Source: a virus. Taken from it: a stretch of 64,000 bases of DNA. The position numbers and the translations under genes are program-made. Positions 63,776-64,000 of the stretch are shown here, one piece after another (position 1 is the stretch's first letter; each line of letters starts with the position of its first letter). The stretch lies in IMG/VR virus record IMGVR_UViG_3300028800_000071, positions 1 through 64,000 of that record, one strand, 5' to 3'. The notes beneath the pieces were generated by a model. That model was not told where the DNA came from. It searched no databases and saw only the letters and a program-made list of their open reading frames with translations.

Positions 63776-63855
63776 TTTGTTCTCCTACGGTTTCGAGTGC
63801 TTCGTGATCGGCGCTTTCGGGGGGTTCTCGTTCGCGCCAATTAGAAGATGACAGA

Positions 63856-63864
63856 AGTATAACA
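63856..63864 (-). promoter_or_regulatory. extended -10 promoter for the early cluster
   Basis: TGtTATACT on the - strand about 80 nt upstream of the first early gene. Confidence 0.55.
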
Positions 63865-64000
63865 TACGTCCCGATCATGCGAAAGCGAACGTCTGTTCGT
63901 CGGTTTCTGAGCGAAACTAATCAAGCCAGGCCTGTAGTTTTACGCTCCCCTGCCCCTCAGAGTGGGCTGTCCGAAAATGACGATCTCGACGCTCGCTCCC

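Larger units (their letters stand above)
55612..63790 (-). promoter_or_regulatory. start-associated motif CCGTAGGAGA, 8 copies
   Basis: + strand TCTCCTACGG at 55612, 57511, 58816, 59601 (TCTCCTATGG), 61685, 62274, 63134, 63781. Confidence 0.85.

Overview
The window is most of a high-GC tailed phage genome with a contractile (myovirus-type) tail. No host genes, integrase, repressor, DNA polymerase, tRNA, rRNA or CRISPR array were recognised. Layout: (i) 1-6970, a lower-GC accessory arm with a C5-cytosine methyltransferase, an MT-A70 adenine methyltransferase and a tandemly duplicated operon of small ORFs in which only 12 short colinear DNA anchors are conserved and everything between them differs; (ii) 6960-11850, regulatory, HNH and small genes, including a sigma70-like promoter with a terminator about 70 nt downstream and a Prp-like cysteine protease; (iii) 11889-50306, the + strand late operon (terminase, portal, scaffold, major capsid, neck, sheath, tube, frameshifting chaperone, tape measure, baseplate, fibre-like proteins, lysis genes); (iv) 50568-52360, a ParB-like gene and an ABC-ATPase/GNAT fusion, followed by a tract of TCAGACGC repeats; (v) 52791-63775, a - strand early cluster (ASCH, SWIM fingers, a beta sliding clamp) marked by a repeated start-associated motif CCGTAGGAGA. 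Strongest leads: (1) a phage-encoded Prp-like protease together with a shared LP-x-[WY]-x-LAIFD N-terminal motif in scaffold and major capsid, suggesting a private capsid maturation system; (2) tail and fibre-type proteins carrying Sec or lipoprotein signal peptides and paired cysteines, suggesting exported, disulfide-bonded appendages; (3) the anchor and variable-segment array; (4) an intact response-regulator receiver domain inside the neck operon. All family calls come from motif recognition and gene order by eye; no searches were run.
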